A stretch of 64,000 nucleotides of DNA from Eledone cirrhosa (taxonomy: Eukaryota). The DNA lies in assembly GCA_964016885.1 (NCBI GenBank), contig OZ024741.1, positions 38,440,001 to 38,504,000 on the forward strand, read 5' to 3'. Under the pieces are notes generated by a model. The model saw only the letters and a list, made by a program, of their open reading frames with translations. It ran no database searches and was not told the DNA's origin. Within the stretch, counting starts at the first letter, position 1. Each line of letters begins with the position of its first letter. Of the stretch, positions 43,005-57,009 are shown one piece after another. The translations under genes and the position numbers were made by a program.

Positions 43005-43302
43005 GGCGCATGGCTTATTTATTAGAGCATTTAGCTTGCAATCGAAAGGATTCTCGGACCGCGTGATGCGTTGTGGATAGAGCAAGATACTTTATCTCAC
43101 GTTATCCAGTTTTCTTAACTGTAGAAATGAGTTGCGACGTCACTGGTGCCAAGCTGTATCGGCCATATCCTTTCTCTTGGACATTATCGGTGGCGTGGAG
43201 AGGGGACGCTGGTCTTCCACAAACAACCTTGCCTGGACTTGTGACTCGGAGCGAAAGTTTCTAGGTGTAAATCCCATGGTCATTCGTGACCGATGGGGGT
43301 CT
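43001..43302 (+). mobile_element. SINE family B-related copy
   Basis: tRNA-like head plus GAGCAAGATACTTTATCTCACGTT segment. Confidence 0.7.
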
Positions 43303-43519
43303 TCTCACAGATATTGGGATTCATTTGTTATTGTTGTCCAGATATTGTGATTCATTTGTTATTGTTGTCCAAATTACTGTTCTTAAACCCACTAACTGGT
43401 CATTTGTTATTGTTGCCATGATTGTTTTTATTGTTAGAGAGGGAGGAGAATCAATGGTTCTGATAAGCTAATATCACGTTAAAAGAGCTATACCCCTTTT
43501 ATTATCAACTTCTAAAAAA

Positions 43520-43750
43520 AGGACGGTGAGTTGGCAGTGTCGGGATGTCCAAGGTCAACTTTGCCTTTCATCCTTACGGGGTCGATAAAATAAAGTACCA
43601 GTAATGCACTGGTTCGATTTAATAATTTTTTCCCTTCCTCCCAAATTGTTGGCATTGTACCTAAATCAGAACCCATTGGTGGATTGGCAGTATCGGTAGA
43701 GCGTCAGACCCCATGCTTTGCAGCATAGTGTTATGGCCCTTTATGTTCAG
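43520..43750 (+). mobile_element. SINE family A fragments
   Basis: Core plus tail, then a second head. Confidence 0.8.
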
Positions 43751-44366
43751 AGATGGTTTTCCAGGTATCCGGTCCAAATATTTTCCAGTTTCGTTTATTA
43801 TTATCACTAACAGAAAAACCACCCTTGGGGTGGTTTTCTGCTAGCATGTGTAGTGTCTATATTGATATTATACACAAGTATATATACATGTAGATATGAT
43901 ACATCAAATAAAATTGTAATTGACAATATAAACAGAAATCGAACGAAGACTGTGGTACACTGTCTTATGTAATCAGTAACGTAATCCATGATACACTAAA
44001 AAAAACGATATTATATATAAACTGCATTAGGAGAAAACTAGTGACAGAAAATTAGTATGTTTATTTAAGTGATCGCCAACGGAAGTGTTGACATCACACA
44101 CTCTCTCTTTCCATATATATGGTAGTTGAAGTGGTGGTGGTGGTGGTAACGATATACCGGAAATGCAACTTTGAAAAGAAGTCAATTTTATATTATTTAT
44201 TTTTACGAAATTATTTTTGTTTACGAAATTTAGTAGATAAATTATGTAATATTCCTTCATTATTTATTCAAAGTAATCCAACTTATTTTACTAAGGAGAT
44301 AAAAAAAAACCGTACGCAGTCCCGCAGACCTTCCTTTATTATAGTTTAGATTATTAACAGAAAAAA

Positions 44367-45700
44367 GTTACGCCTCTTTATGTTCTGAGTTCAAATAACG
44401 CCGAGGTTAGGTTTGCCTTTCATCCTTACGGGGTTGATGAAATAAAGCACCAGTAATGCATTGGGGTAATTGCTGGCCTTGTACCAAAAGTAGAAACAAT
44501 TATAAATAAAAAAAAATGGTTGTGATTTTTTGTAATTGACGCGCAAAACTACATCTGTGTAGAAATCTTAGGAAAAAACTGTTCTTCAAATAGGAAAAAA
44601 ATCCTACCAATCTACTACCCTTAACATCAACAACGACAACAATAATAAAAATGACGACGATGATGATGATAATGACGAAATTTATTTAAGCAGGAAACAA
44701 GTAAGCGTAAGAGCCTATTCATAAAATCTCGGTTACGTACGTAATTTAGTGAATAATTTCTCAGTACATAATTTTTGTACATTATATTATACATAGAGAG
44801 ACCTATATATTCCCATAAGAAAATGATTTAAAATTAGGTGCGGCCGTATTGCGGGTTTATATAGTAAGTTTTTGGTGAACCGAGACCATGACCCATATTC
44901 AGTAAACCACAATGAGACATGTCTAGCGTATTTGTTGCGGTTCTTTACGTTTTGAGTTCAAATTCCGCCAGACGCAATTTTACCTTTGATCTTTCTGGTG
45001 TCGTTGAAATAGATAAAAAAATAACCACCAGTGACGTATTGGCGCCGCCAATTTAATCTACCCCCCCCCCCCCACAAAAAAATGGTTGGCCTTGTGCCTA
45101 AATCAGAAATCATTATTATTTCGATTGGCAGTATCGGTAGAGGGTCGGACGACATGCTCTGACGCATAGAGTTACGGCCCTTGCCATTCTGAGTTCAAAT
45201 CCCACCGAGGTTAACTTTGCTTTTCATCCTTATGCGGTCGATAAAATAAAGTACCAGTAATGTAAAATAAAGTACCAGTAATTGCTGGCCTTGTGCCAAA
45301 AGTAGAAACAATTATTATTAGAGAATCGAGGTCAGTGGTTTAGCAGAATCGTTAGAGCGACGGATGAAATTCTATGCTGCATTTAGTTACGGCTCTTTAT
45401 GTTATAATTTTCAAATTCAAATTACGCCGAGGTCCACTTTGTCTTTAATCCTTACGTGGTTGTTAAAATAATGTGCCAGTAACGCACTGGGGTCGATTTA
45501 ATCGACTTCTCCCTTCCCTTTAAATTACCGGCCTTGTACTAAAAGTAGAAACAATTATTGGCGATGAAGTGGCTGAATCGTTAGAACATATGTCAAAATG
45601 ATTTGCGAGATATTTACGTTCTGAGTTCAAATCCTACCAAGGTCAAATTTACCTTTCATTCTTCCGAGTTCGATCAAATAAAGTACCAGTTAAGTACATC
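44367..45700 (+). mobile_element. Cluster of five co-oriented SINE family A copies
   Basis: Copies at ~44367, 44930, 45123, 45330 and 45560. Confidence 0.85.
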
Positions 45701-46199
45701 GTGATACAATGTATTTTAGTTTGCTTGTTATTTCTTAATCTATTTAGAGAACTGTTTTGTTTAAATTTTCATAGTATCCTGTGGTTAAATTCGTCGATTT
45801 CATTTTCTTTTCAGCCCCTACCCCTGGGATATATTTGTATCTTACATCATATACGGTTCCGTTTTTTTAAATTTAAAAATGGCAGTAATTAACTCACAGT
45901 CTATCCACAAAATGGATCAGCCAAAATTGTTCATCTGCAAAAGAAAAGAACCAATACGTAGCTTTTATTGCGGATTATCACGTCACCTTTTCCCATTTGG
46001 CTGGAGCGAACGCCTACATCATCTCCGTAATCCATTACTACCTGAACATCGTGCTTTCAACCATTTCACCTTTGATCGCATGCGTTTCACCTCTTAGGTT
46101 TTCCTTCTTCGGTGTTCAAAATCACTGCAGAGAGAACTAGTTATGCTATGACTGGTGATTCGCAGATATGGGCTGAGACTGCGACATCATTCTTGGGCG

Positions 46200-46610
46200 T
46201 TAATGAAAATCATTGGAGGACTTGTCGGGTTTGTCCCAATTGAGCGCAGGGTGACGAAGCCGTCCTACACGCACTTGTTTAGTATCCTAAAACGCTGACT
46301 TGTTGACCTATATCGAACAGCTGCTGATTCGTGTAGAACAGATCTGGATAAGTCCATTGTAAAGATTGTCCCAACGCCTTCCTTTGACTAAGAAGGGCAG
46401 GCAGTTCTTATATGCCTGGTAGCCTTGGCTAAAGAGGTTGTGTAGAGAACGAAATTAAAAGGCATGAAGATAAACACGTTCCTGTTTGGTCAAGCACTAA
46501 TTTACTTCAAAAGGAAATCGTGGAAAGGGAGGGAAATGCTTCCTTCCAACAAATTTGTCGAAATGTGGATGAGAGTGGCCAGCATGATTTAAGTGGGCGA
46601 GCCTGCTTTG
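46200..46610 (+). mobile_element. L1/Tx1-type LINE C-terminal remnant
   Basis: RVCPN*AQGDEAVLHALV*YP (decayed CCHC knuckle) ... CLVALAKEVV; homologous to 47340-47590. Confidence 0.65.
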
Positions 46611-46881
46611 AGAACGTATTAGCAGATTGGAAGTGAAAAACTAGATATATGCCTTAGTGGTCAGAGTGACTGTGGCTTTTAATGTTTTTTCCCACATGCA
46701 GCCTTCGGAAGTTTCCTCGCTATTGACGAAGTTTATTGTTACAGCTTTTGATTTTGTTTTTATTTCCTATTTTTAATCATTACTATAAACAGTCTATATT
46801 TATATTTTTGCGCCGTCTTTAGTTTTTCTTTACAAAACACATCACAGACAGGCACACCCCCAACCACACACTTTGTGGTTA

Positions 46882-47072
46882 ATAATTGTTTCTACTTTTG
46901 GCACAAAGCCAGCAATTACCCAGTCCATTACTGGTACTTTATTTTATCAACCCCTTAAGGATGAAAGGCAAAGTTAACCGCGGCGAGATTGAACTCAGAA
47001 TGGCAAGGGCCGTAACTCTATGCGTCAAAGCATGGCGTCCGACGCTCTACCGATACTGCCAATCAACCGCCC
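46882..47072 (-). mobile_element. SINE family A
   Basis: Full reverse-complement copy. Confidence 0.9.
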
Positions 47073-47339
47073 TTTGTGGTTGATAATGGAATCATTATTA
47101 TTATTATTTGTTTTCCAAGATTTTTTTAATATAAAATCGTGTGTTGAAACAGATATTGTTATATTTGGAGAGGGTCATGTCTTAATATTGCCCCCCCCCC
47201 TCCCCTCCCCAAAGTAAAACACACTGTTTGGATTGGTCTCAGTATATGATTTTATATTTCCATAAATAATTTAACTGGCAATCAATGTTTATCATTGATT
47301 GACCAACAATTAAAAAGTTCGAGACAAACTCTACAGCCA

Positions 47340-47590
47340 CAGAAGTACTGTCAGGCGGACCTGTCCGAGATGTGCGTAGATCAACGAAACTGTTCTGCAC
47401 ACACTCATCCAGTGTCCCGTGCATTACCATCTTGTGGAGTTTTGTCGAACAGATATCGCATGTAAGATGGATCGAGTTCATCGTGAAGATCACCCCGCCG
47501 CCTTCTTTTGGGCGGGGAGGGCAGGCAATGATCTTCTGTCTGGTAGCAAAAGAGGTTGTGTGACAGATGTGGCTGAAAGGACGGATGACA
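47340..47590 (+). mobile_element. L1/Tx1-type LINE C-terminal remnant
   Basis: RTCPRCA*INETVLHTLIQCP (CCHC knuckle), then LWSFVEQ...FCLVAKEVV. Confidence 0.75.
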
Positions 47591-47747
47591 GTGATAATTG
47601 TATTGTTTATTGTTATTTGTTATGCTGGTTTTTACACTATTTTATGTACCTCCGCCCCACTGTCCCTGTGTTTATATCGTCCTACATGTTCAGGCACTTG
47701 TGGCCAATAAATAAATAATAATTATTATTAGTGTTGTTCTTAATGTT

Positions 47748-47965
47748 AGTGGATTGGCAGTATCGGTAGAGCACCGGACACCCTGCTTCGTGGTATAGAA
47801 TTACGGCATTTTACATTCTGAGTTCAAATCCTGTCGAGGTTAGCTTTGCCTTTCATCCTTACAGGGTCGATAAATCAAGTACCAGTAATGTACTGGAGTC
47901 GATTTAATCGACTTTACCCTATACCTTCAAATTGCTGGCCTTGAACCTAAAGTAGAAACAATTAT
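47748..47965 (+). mobile_element. SINE family A
   Basis: Full copy. Confidence 0.9.
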
Positions 47966-48238
47966 TAATGTTGATTATACGTACGTATGTGACGCGTTGC
48001 TTCTTGGTGTAAAGAGGAAACGATTTATTTATTTCACGCCTGCATTGTTTCACTTGCGTAATCTTGATCATGGAAAACGCTTGAACGTCACAGCTTCCTA
48101 TTTCATTCTTTTTCCACTAAAAAATGATATTTCATACGTAAAAGTCATTTTAGAATAACAAGCAGCTAAATATAAATAAACAATTCCAAACACATACACA
48201 ATTTTTGAGGTGTTCGTACATACAGACAGACCCTAGGA

Positions 48239-48305
<67 letters not shown>

Positions 48306-48924
48306 TAAGAAACACACATCTCTTAGATATGTGTCATATGCTAATGTATAAAATGTATAAAATGTCATGCTTAAGCGAGCATCAAATGATTTGGAGCGTG
48401 AATTTGTCTTACATGAAAAGTTGTACAAACAGCATATTTTCTATAGCTGCACCTATTTTCCGTCACACAGTGAATCGGAAATGATGTTTATCTAGGTAAT
48501 CTAGACATAAGGTCATATATTATTGCTGTAGGGTAGAATATAGTGGATTATATTGACATGGGGAGTGATGAAAGACAAAGTCCCTCTTTTGTGTGATTTG
48601 AACTCAGGGCGTAACTAAATAACGAGACAGATTTAATCATTTGTCGGTCTATCGAATCAGCCACCGTCATCATCTTTCCTAATTAGAAATATTAGCTTCT
48701 AATTTTAGGCTCAGAACCAGCAATTTTGATGGCCTGGGTGGGCTAAGTCAATTAGTTCGAACAAGTATTGACTGTTACTATATTATATATTTTATGGATC
48801 CCAAAAGGATAAAGAAGGAAAGTTGACTTCTGCGGGATTTGAAACCAGAACATAAATATATATATATATAGCTTAAAATGGAGTGGGAATAAGAAGAAAG
48901 CAAGAACGGGGGGGGGGGGGGGGG

Positions 48925-49028
48925 ATTCCTCATCAGTTGTCTACTGGGGGTCTCGGATATTTCTACGCTTTAAAGACAAGATATCTACTGCCCAGAGCGT
49001 CAATAACTGGATACGTTATTGGGGAAAC
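48925..49028 (-). ncRNA. Candidate non-circularly permuted hammerhead (AUC triplet)
   Basis: Reverse complement GATAT-C-TTGTCT...GAA-ATATC...AGACAA-CTGATGA. Confidence 0.7.
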
Positions 49029-49622
49029 GGAGGAGGGAGGGACGGAAAAAAAAGGGAAGAGAAGAGAGAAAACAGTGAAAAAACAACAACAATGCGACCA
49101 ACTGTGAAGGCGAGAGAAAAGACACACGTCTGACCCCAGTGAGTTGTAAGTGAGAAAAGGACTACTAGAGGGTGGGGCGAGGTAAACAATGAGGTGGCAA
49201 GTAGAGAGAGGATGAGTGTAAGTGAGAGCTACCTTAAGCTACCTTAAATAACAACTACACAGCCATTTCTATTCTCCATATATTTTATCATGTTTTCGCT
49301 GTGACCCTTCTTCTCTCCCCTTCTACCTACCTATTTCGCTACTATTTACTCTCACCCCTCTTTCTTCCTCACCCTTTCTCCCTCTCACTTTCACTCATCC
49401 TCTCTCTGTCTGCCACCTCATTGTTTCCCTCGCCTGACCCTATAGTAGTCCTTTTCTCACTTAAAACTCGCTGGGGTCAGACGTGTGTCCTTTCTCTCGC
49501 CCACACAGTCGAGTGGTTTTGGATTTTCTTACCGTAAGTTGCTCGCACATTGCTCGGTTTGTTGTTTTTTGTCGCTGTTTTCTCTCTTCTCTTCCCTTTT
49601 GTTTTCCTTCCCTTCCTCCTCC

Positions 49623-49728
49623 GTTTTCCCAATAACTTATCCAGTTATTGACGCTCTGGGCGGTAGATATATTGTCTTTAAAGCGTAGAAATATCCGACA
49701 CCCCCAGTAGACAACTGATGAGGAAAAC
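49623..49728 (+). ncRNA. Candidate non-circularly permuted hammerhead, best-paired copy
   Basis: GTTTTCC/GGAAAAC, CAATAAC/GTTATTG, ACGC/GCGT, CTGGG/CCCAG, GATAT/ATATC and TTGTCT/AGACAA are all perfect. GAAA at 49688, CTGATGA at 49715. Confidence 0.78.
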
Positions 49729-49809
49729 TCTCCCCGTTCTTGCTTTCTTCTTATTCCCACTCCATTTTAAGCTACCTTAAAAGCAACTACACAGCCATTT
49801 CTACTCTCC

Positions 49810-49859
<50 letters not shown>

Positions 49860-50192
49860 CAGACAGACAGCAATACATAGACAATGGTCCTCAAACTATA
49901 GTCAAGGTCTAATACGCATGACGCACTTGATAACCTTACAGCTGTATAAAAACAAATACACACATACTTTTTCCTATATCTTCAATACTTATCTCTTCTT
50001 CAAAAACACTTCAACATAGTAGCCTCAGGCTGACCCCCCCCCCCCCCCCCTACACCTTTTTTTCAAGATGCTGACTAACAGCCCTTGCTTCCTCTCCTGT
50101 CTAACGTTTTCCTCGTTTTCGTTTTTTTTCTTACTCACGTCAATCTTCCTAATACTTCTCCCTTCTAAACATCCTCTTTTTTCTCTCATATT

Positions 50193-50234
50193 GTATTTTC
50201 TAATGAAAGATTGACGTCTGAAACGTCAAAATAC
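50193..50234 (+). ncRNA. Minimal PLE-type hammerhead, core mutated (CTAATGA)
   Basis: GTATTTT-CTAATGA-AAGA..TCT-GAAACGTC-AAAATAC; 7-bp stem I. Confidence 0.65.
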
Positions 50235-50864
50235 TTTTCATAATATCAAGCATAAAACTAATATATCATCATTGGATTGTATTGTTTTCGTTTTATTTTA
50301 TTAATTTTTCCTTGTTGACTTTTCTTATACATATATGTGTGTATTTGTGCGTGTGTGTGAGTTGGTGTGCACGCGTGTGTGGGTGTGTGCGCATGAGTGT
50401 GCGTGTGAGTGTGTGTGTCTATGATCTTCGCGCTAGTGAGTCTTGTCTCAATAATTTCACATAAGTAATCAGAATTCATACAAAACTTTCACTAAACAAA
50501 AGCTTCTTTTGGCTTAATTTTTTTTGATCTTTTGTGTTTCAAATTACTTTCTCTTTTTAAGATAGAGACTTTGAAGACTAAGTGAAAATAGTAATTATGA
50601 GCCGGAGGTGTTTCTGATGTTGTGAAAGACGATATTAACTACAACACCCATCATGCATCATATAATAGTTATGTAGCGATATTTGGCATCATGGCTGAAC
50701 AGTTCAAAAGTTTGAATCATATCACAATACCCTGGTAGTTATCCATGAAAGGTGACCAAGTCTTCTTTTATAATTCCATTCACATTTATGATTCTTTATT
50801 ATTATTCTTCTCTTCTTCTTCGTTCGCTTATTCTTGAGAAGGTCATGGAGGCAGAGTCCTCAAA

Positions 50865-51220
50865 CACTCCCCTCAGCGGGTCTTGTCAGAAGCAACCGTC
50901 TCCAACTGATCCGGCTCGATTCCCGAGCGAGACTAGCCAAGCTCATAGATGTTATCAAACCATCTTTGTCGGGGTCTACCCCTAGGTCTCCTACCTGTTG
51001 GTTTTGCCCGTAAAATCTGTCCGGCGGTTCTTTCCTGAGACATTCTAACCACATGCCCATAGTATCGGAGCTGAGATCTCTCAATTCGGAAAAGTAACGG
51101 CTCTCTCTGGAATGACTCTCTGATCCCCGAGCTATGCACTTTATCGAGTAACGTTACTCCAAATACCGAAAGAATACGATCGCGAAATCAAACGGCCCGA
51201 AATGGGATTCCTCCGAAGGG
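50865..51220 (-). mobile_element. RTE-clade LINE 3' fragment
   Basis: LLFRIERSQLRYYGHVVRMSQERTAGQILRAKPTGRRPRGRPRQRWFDNI. Confidence 0.88.
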
Positions 51221-51824
51221 TCATCTTTACTATTGAAATATTAAATCATTTCAACTACTTAACAGCTATTCTATTTCATCGGCTTCTGGATGATGTAAGG
51301 CAAAATTGATCTTGACTTGGTTTGAAAATAAAGGACTGTAATTGAATACCACAATATAGTTTATCCAAGGTTTTACCAATTCTACGCAGAAAACCGGAAC
51401 AAATATCATCAATTTTAATCAACACTCTAACAACAGAATTTTGTGTAGCGAAACATGACTGCTTTCGGGCCCAGAGTCGTGTGGAAAGAACTCTCTCAAA
51501 ACTCAAGGAGGCTAAAGTTTTTTTTTTTCTAATGCAGGCTCTTAGATACTCACGTGCCTCTCCCTGGTTATCCGGGCCTAGAATCGTTGTAGAGGCTGAA
51601 CCCCACTCATTTGAAGCTCATCTTACGACTATATCACCGTAGTTGCAATCACGTCGGATAGAAAACTTGCTCTATTTATTTCGGTTCTTTGCGCTCAAAT
51701 TCCACTGAGGTTAACTTTGAAACTCATCTCAATGTCGGGGTCGACAAATAAAGTATCAGTCCAGGACTGATATAATTTCTTCTTCTCACACTCCGTATCT
51801 GTCCCTTCTCTCTCTCACACACAC

Positions 51825-51863
<39 letters not shown>

Positions 51864-51900
51864 ACACACACACACATATCTCTCTCTCTCCCTCACACAC

Positions 51901-51970
<70 letters not shown>

Positions 51971-53033
51971 TACACACACACACACCTCTCTGTCACACAC
52001 AGACACCCACTTACTATTTCTCCCTGGAAGAATTCGACTATGTTCAAATGGATGGGCTTCGCTTAGAGTTAAAATGTGTTAAACGATGGCTTCCCCTAGG
52101 ACAGTATCAGGAGATGTGGGACCCCAAAAAGTAATCAGTCCCTACAGTGCCACAGTTTACATGGTGGTATATATTCTCAGTGGCAGTTTCACAGCAGAAA
52201 GAATTAATGGCTTGTATATAATAAACAAAATCATTACAAAGAAAGCATGCCTTTCTTGTACTTATTTATCTACCCCGTTCTGGTGTCTGAAACACTTTTC
52301 TTGTTATATGTCGAGCAATATATCTGACCTTGCAATATGAATAATGGTGTTTTAAAAATAATGGAGATTATGTAAATGCTGAGATAACATTTCACTCGGC
52401 GTCTGCTACGCTTCAAATCTCTTAAGCTACAGGTGATCATTTTTTTTTGTTGTAAAGAATATCTCTATACGACTGCAAAAATAATTGTTTTGAAAGACAT
52501 TTAAAACAGGCGAACAGTGTACATTTTGCAATAAAAACATCACACACACATATAGACACACCACACACATACACATACACACACAGCTTTCTCTCATACA
52601 CACATACACACACACACACATCTCACTCACACACACATACACCTCACACACACACAACCACACATACACACACACCTCACACATACATACGCACACACAC
52701 ACAAAGACGCGCGCGAGCACACACACACACACGTACACTCACACATACATACACACATAAATGTATAAATACATACAAAAATGTTTGCATACACGATCAT
52801 ATGAATATATTCATAAGAAGGTTTAGGAGGCCGACGCAGAAAATAACTGCAATTACAGTCAATTGCCATGAAATAGCTTATAAAAATTGAGTATCGACCC
52901 TTAGTGACGGAAAAATGTTGACAGCGGCCACTACCAAGAATTCCGTATCTCTGTGAAATACTGAGTTCGTTACTTCGTAGCGGCCATTGGAAACATTTAT
53001 TTCTAAAGGTCTTTACCCAGTTTTTATAATCTA

Positions 53034-53591
53034 CTAGCAGTGGTACCCGGCGTTGCACGGGATAAGGTATTTTGGAACGCGGGCAACTTGCGAACTAAGC
53101 AATCCTATGTCTTTGCGGCTGCAGTTCAAAGAAGACTTATCCGAGGACTACAAACGTCGGGCGCAACTGTAATACTCTGACATGGAATGAACCAATTGTG
53201 CTTTGATTGACATTGAGGACAGAGTTGCATCACTCGGTGGAAATGATTTGAGGTTTTTCACCTAATGAGGGCCCTAGGCCATAAAAAAGTTGGATTTTCT
53301 TTGCTCACAATATGAAGAAGAGACTGACTAATACATAGTTACAATTTCAAGGTAACCGGTCTAACGTAACGCCTAAAAAAACCCTAAAAAGCTGAACAAA
53401 CGCAGTTTTTCACCTAATACAGGCCCTAGGGGATCAAAAAGTTGAATATTTTTATGTGCATAACACTCCCTGAAACATAAGTAATACACATGTAAAGTTT
53501 GAAAAAAATCGGTTGGGTACTTCTCGAGTTTTAGGGATTCAAACTCACAGACACACACACAGACAGACATCCTCAGTTTTATATATAGAGA
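53034..53591 (-). mobile_element. Non-autonomous Helitron
   Basis: Minus strand A|TCTCTATATATAAAACTGAGG ... CCCGTGCAACGCCGGG hairpin ... CTAG|T. Confidence 0.85.
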
Positions 53592-54523
53592 TTTTGTAAC
53601 AACTGACTGTCCCTGCAGTTATTTTCTGCGTCTGAGCTTCCTATATCTTATAAATTTATGTCCTCAGCGCTTAGTACGCACCCACACAAGCTCCAACACA
53701 CACAGCAAACTGCAATTAACGAAATACTTCCATCTGTTCTCTGGTGGTATCCTGCATCTCACAGACTGTAGTCTATAGAGCCATGTTCACATAACCAGAC
53801 GACTTCCAGAGAAGATATATGGACCTAAAAGTTAATGAGTTCAAATGTAGATTTACTCAGTTCGTAAAATCCTTTAGGTGCAGGAAGAGGGCGAGCTCTA
53901 CCGCACTGTCCTGTTCATGTAGGGCCTCCGTGACGAAGGGCACACATTTGCAGTATTATGTGGAGTATTCTGGACAAAATACCCCCATACCATATCGCAG
54001 GGGGCAACAGACAACTTCTCAGCCGCCACAAGATGTTACCTTTATTTTAAAAAAAACCTTGCGATATCCGTCAAAAGGAAAACTGACCTAATGTTCAAAC
54101 CAATGGCCATAAAGAACAGCCTAGTTTCACCTGGCTGACGTGTATATGTGGGAAAAACACCATCATCCGCGACAAACCACACACATCAGAAAAACAGCAA
54201 CATCAGACCAACCAAAGAGTCACCATATACATTAATGGAACATACAGTTCGACAGTGACATCAGATATTCAGAACAGAAGCACTACCAGACACAATGGCG
54301 TCACAAAGGTGTCCATTGTCATTGGATTCCAACAGAATTAATGGCAACACAGAGAGGCAAACCTACCCACACTTGACCATTCCTCGCTCCATGCATGTCC
54401 ATTGTTCGCCACGTGCTCGACCATTCTGCTAGGAACATCATCACGTGACCTGAACCAACGAATAGTTCCCTTAATTGCATTACTCCAGACACAATTCACC
54501 ATTTTGTTCTACATCTCCTCAAG

Positions 54524-54573
54524 TGCATCTGATGACAGAGACGTGTTTTCGTCTTGAAACCGCTGGTAATGCA
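54524..54573 (+). ncRNA. Type I hammerhead ribozyme
   Basis: TGCAT-CTGATGA-[GAGACG/CGTCTT]-GAA-ACC GCT GGT-A-ATGCA; GUA triplet. Confidence 0.75.
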
Positions 54574-54647
54574 GTTATGTCAAACTGTTAAAATAGATAC
54601 CCAACACACACGCACACACAAGCGCACACGTACACACATACACACAC

Positions 54648-54685
<38 letters not shown>

Positions 54686-54850
54686 TCATGGTGACATATA
54701 TAGAGCAGTCAACAAACAATAGGTCGTGTATACTCATATATTTAAAGAAAGGTGGTGGTAGGAAAGACCAGAGAATTGTATACACATACACACAGACGCG
54801 CTTATCTGTAGATATACATAAACATACATAAGAACACACACACACACACA

Positions 54851-54959
<109 letters not shown>

Positions 54960-55146
54960 ACCTATTTATCTCTATATATATATATTAGAAAGAGAGAATC
55001 TGCGGCGCTGAGACCAAGGAGAACTCTAATCATGGGAGTGCTCAATGCATGGGTAGATGCAGATGGGTATAGAGATATATAAAACCCCTAGTGCTGTGAG
55101 GTTTTTTTTTAATGAAAAATAAACGAGATGTCCTACGCGCGTGAAA

Positions 55147-55247
<101 letters not shown>

Positions 55248-55576
55248 CATATGGTGAGGTTTATGCATGCATATATGTATATTTACGTACGTAGATATTA
55301 AGTGCATGTATGTGTACGTGGCCCAGCCCAGGAACATGTATACGAAGTACATGTATTAATTTGACTATTCAAGTATGTTCATGACTTATACAACCATATG
55401 CTTAGAAATTGTATGTGCGTAGTTATTTACAAATACGCACACACTCTCATGCGCCCAAATTCACATGCACGAAATACACACACACACACACAACACACAT
55501 GTGTGTGTGTGTGTCTGTGTGTGTGCGCAGATATATGAATGTATATCAATCTATCTATCCATCAATCTCTCTCTCT

Positions 55577-55697
<121 letters not shown>

Positions 55698-56028
55698 TGA
55701 TGTGAGAGAGAATGTATCTATGTATGTATACATTAGCTCCAATTTTAACATGCGGTTTAATATTTAAAACGTCAAACAAATTGGCCATCTGTATTCATTG
55801 AACTCAGTGATGCAGAAACAATATTTCCGCTACATTTTTGGGAGCAACACCATATAAATCATATGTTTTAAAACTTCTCCAAATGCTCTCAAGTTGCAAG
55901 AATTTCTGCCTATTGCATTGTGTGTGTATCTCTGTCTGAAATGTCAACAACATCAAATAGAAACACAACACAAAGTAAGTGCGTAAAAAATAATCAAAAG
56001 AAGTTATAACAATATATATATATATATG

Positions 56029-56113
<85 letters not shown>

Positions 56114-56199
56114 ATATATGTGTATGTGTGTGTATAAATATAAAGATATATATAAAGATAGATAAATATATATATATATAAAATATATATATATAATTA

Positions 56200-56248
<49 letters not shown>

Positions 56249-56253
56249 CTATT

Positions 56254-56330
<77 letters not shown>

Positions 56331-56680
56331 CATATATATATATACGTATATATCGCAGAAGTAAAGAAACGGAACACATGTAAAGCGAAGTAAATAAAAA
56401 AAATCGGAATAAATCCTAAAAAGTAATTATAAAAAACAGTAGTATACTGAAGCGAAACCAACAATATTTGAAAAACAACAATAGTGGAAACTAAGATAAA
56501 ACTATAAAAAATCTGTGTAAAGCAGACAAGAGGAAGGAAAAAACAACAAAAGCAAATGGCTGCTGCGCTGTTATGTTTTGTTTGTTAGGAAAGCGATAAA
56601 AATCTGTCCAAAGGATATAAGTATGCTATTTCTTACTCACGAGAAACTCTTCGTTTTAGGTCGACCACACAAAATACAAC

Positions 56681-56744
<64 letters not shown>

Positions 56745-56856
56745 AATATATATATATATGTATATATAATATATATATATATATATATACATAAATATTA
56801 TATATACATATATATATATATATTTACATACATATATATATATATATATATGTATT

Positions 56857-56924
<68 letters not shown>

Positions 56925-57009
56925 ATGTATATGTATATATGTATATATATGTATATGGATGGCTGGAACAGGTAAAAGAGTAAAAGAGTAATATTATATA
57001 TATATAAAT

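Larger units (their letters stand above)
48871..49815. mobile_element. Inverted plus partial-tandem pLTR-like element between (TA)n tracts
   Basis: 48871-49228 is the reverse complement of (most of) 49383-49773; AGCTACCTTAAA..CAACTACACAGCCATTTCTA recurs at 49237 and 49770 (533-bp period). Confidence 0.85.

Noticed and set aside
49644-49692. SECIS element or pistol/twister ribozyme reading of the TGACGC...AAAGCGTAGA segment
   Set aside because: No proper AUGA/GA quartet with apical AA, and no pistol or twister consensus. Covariation across copies fits the permuted hammerhead better.
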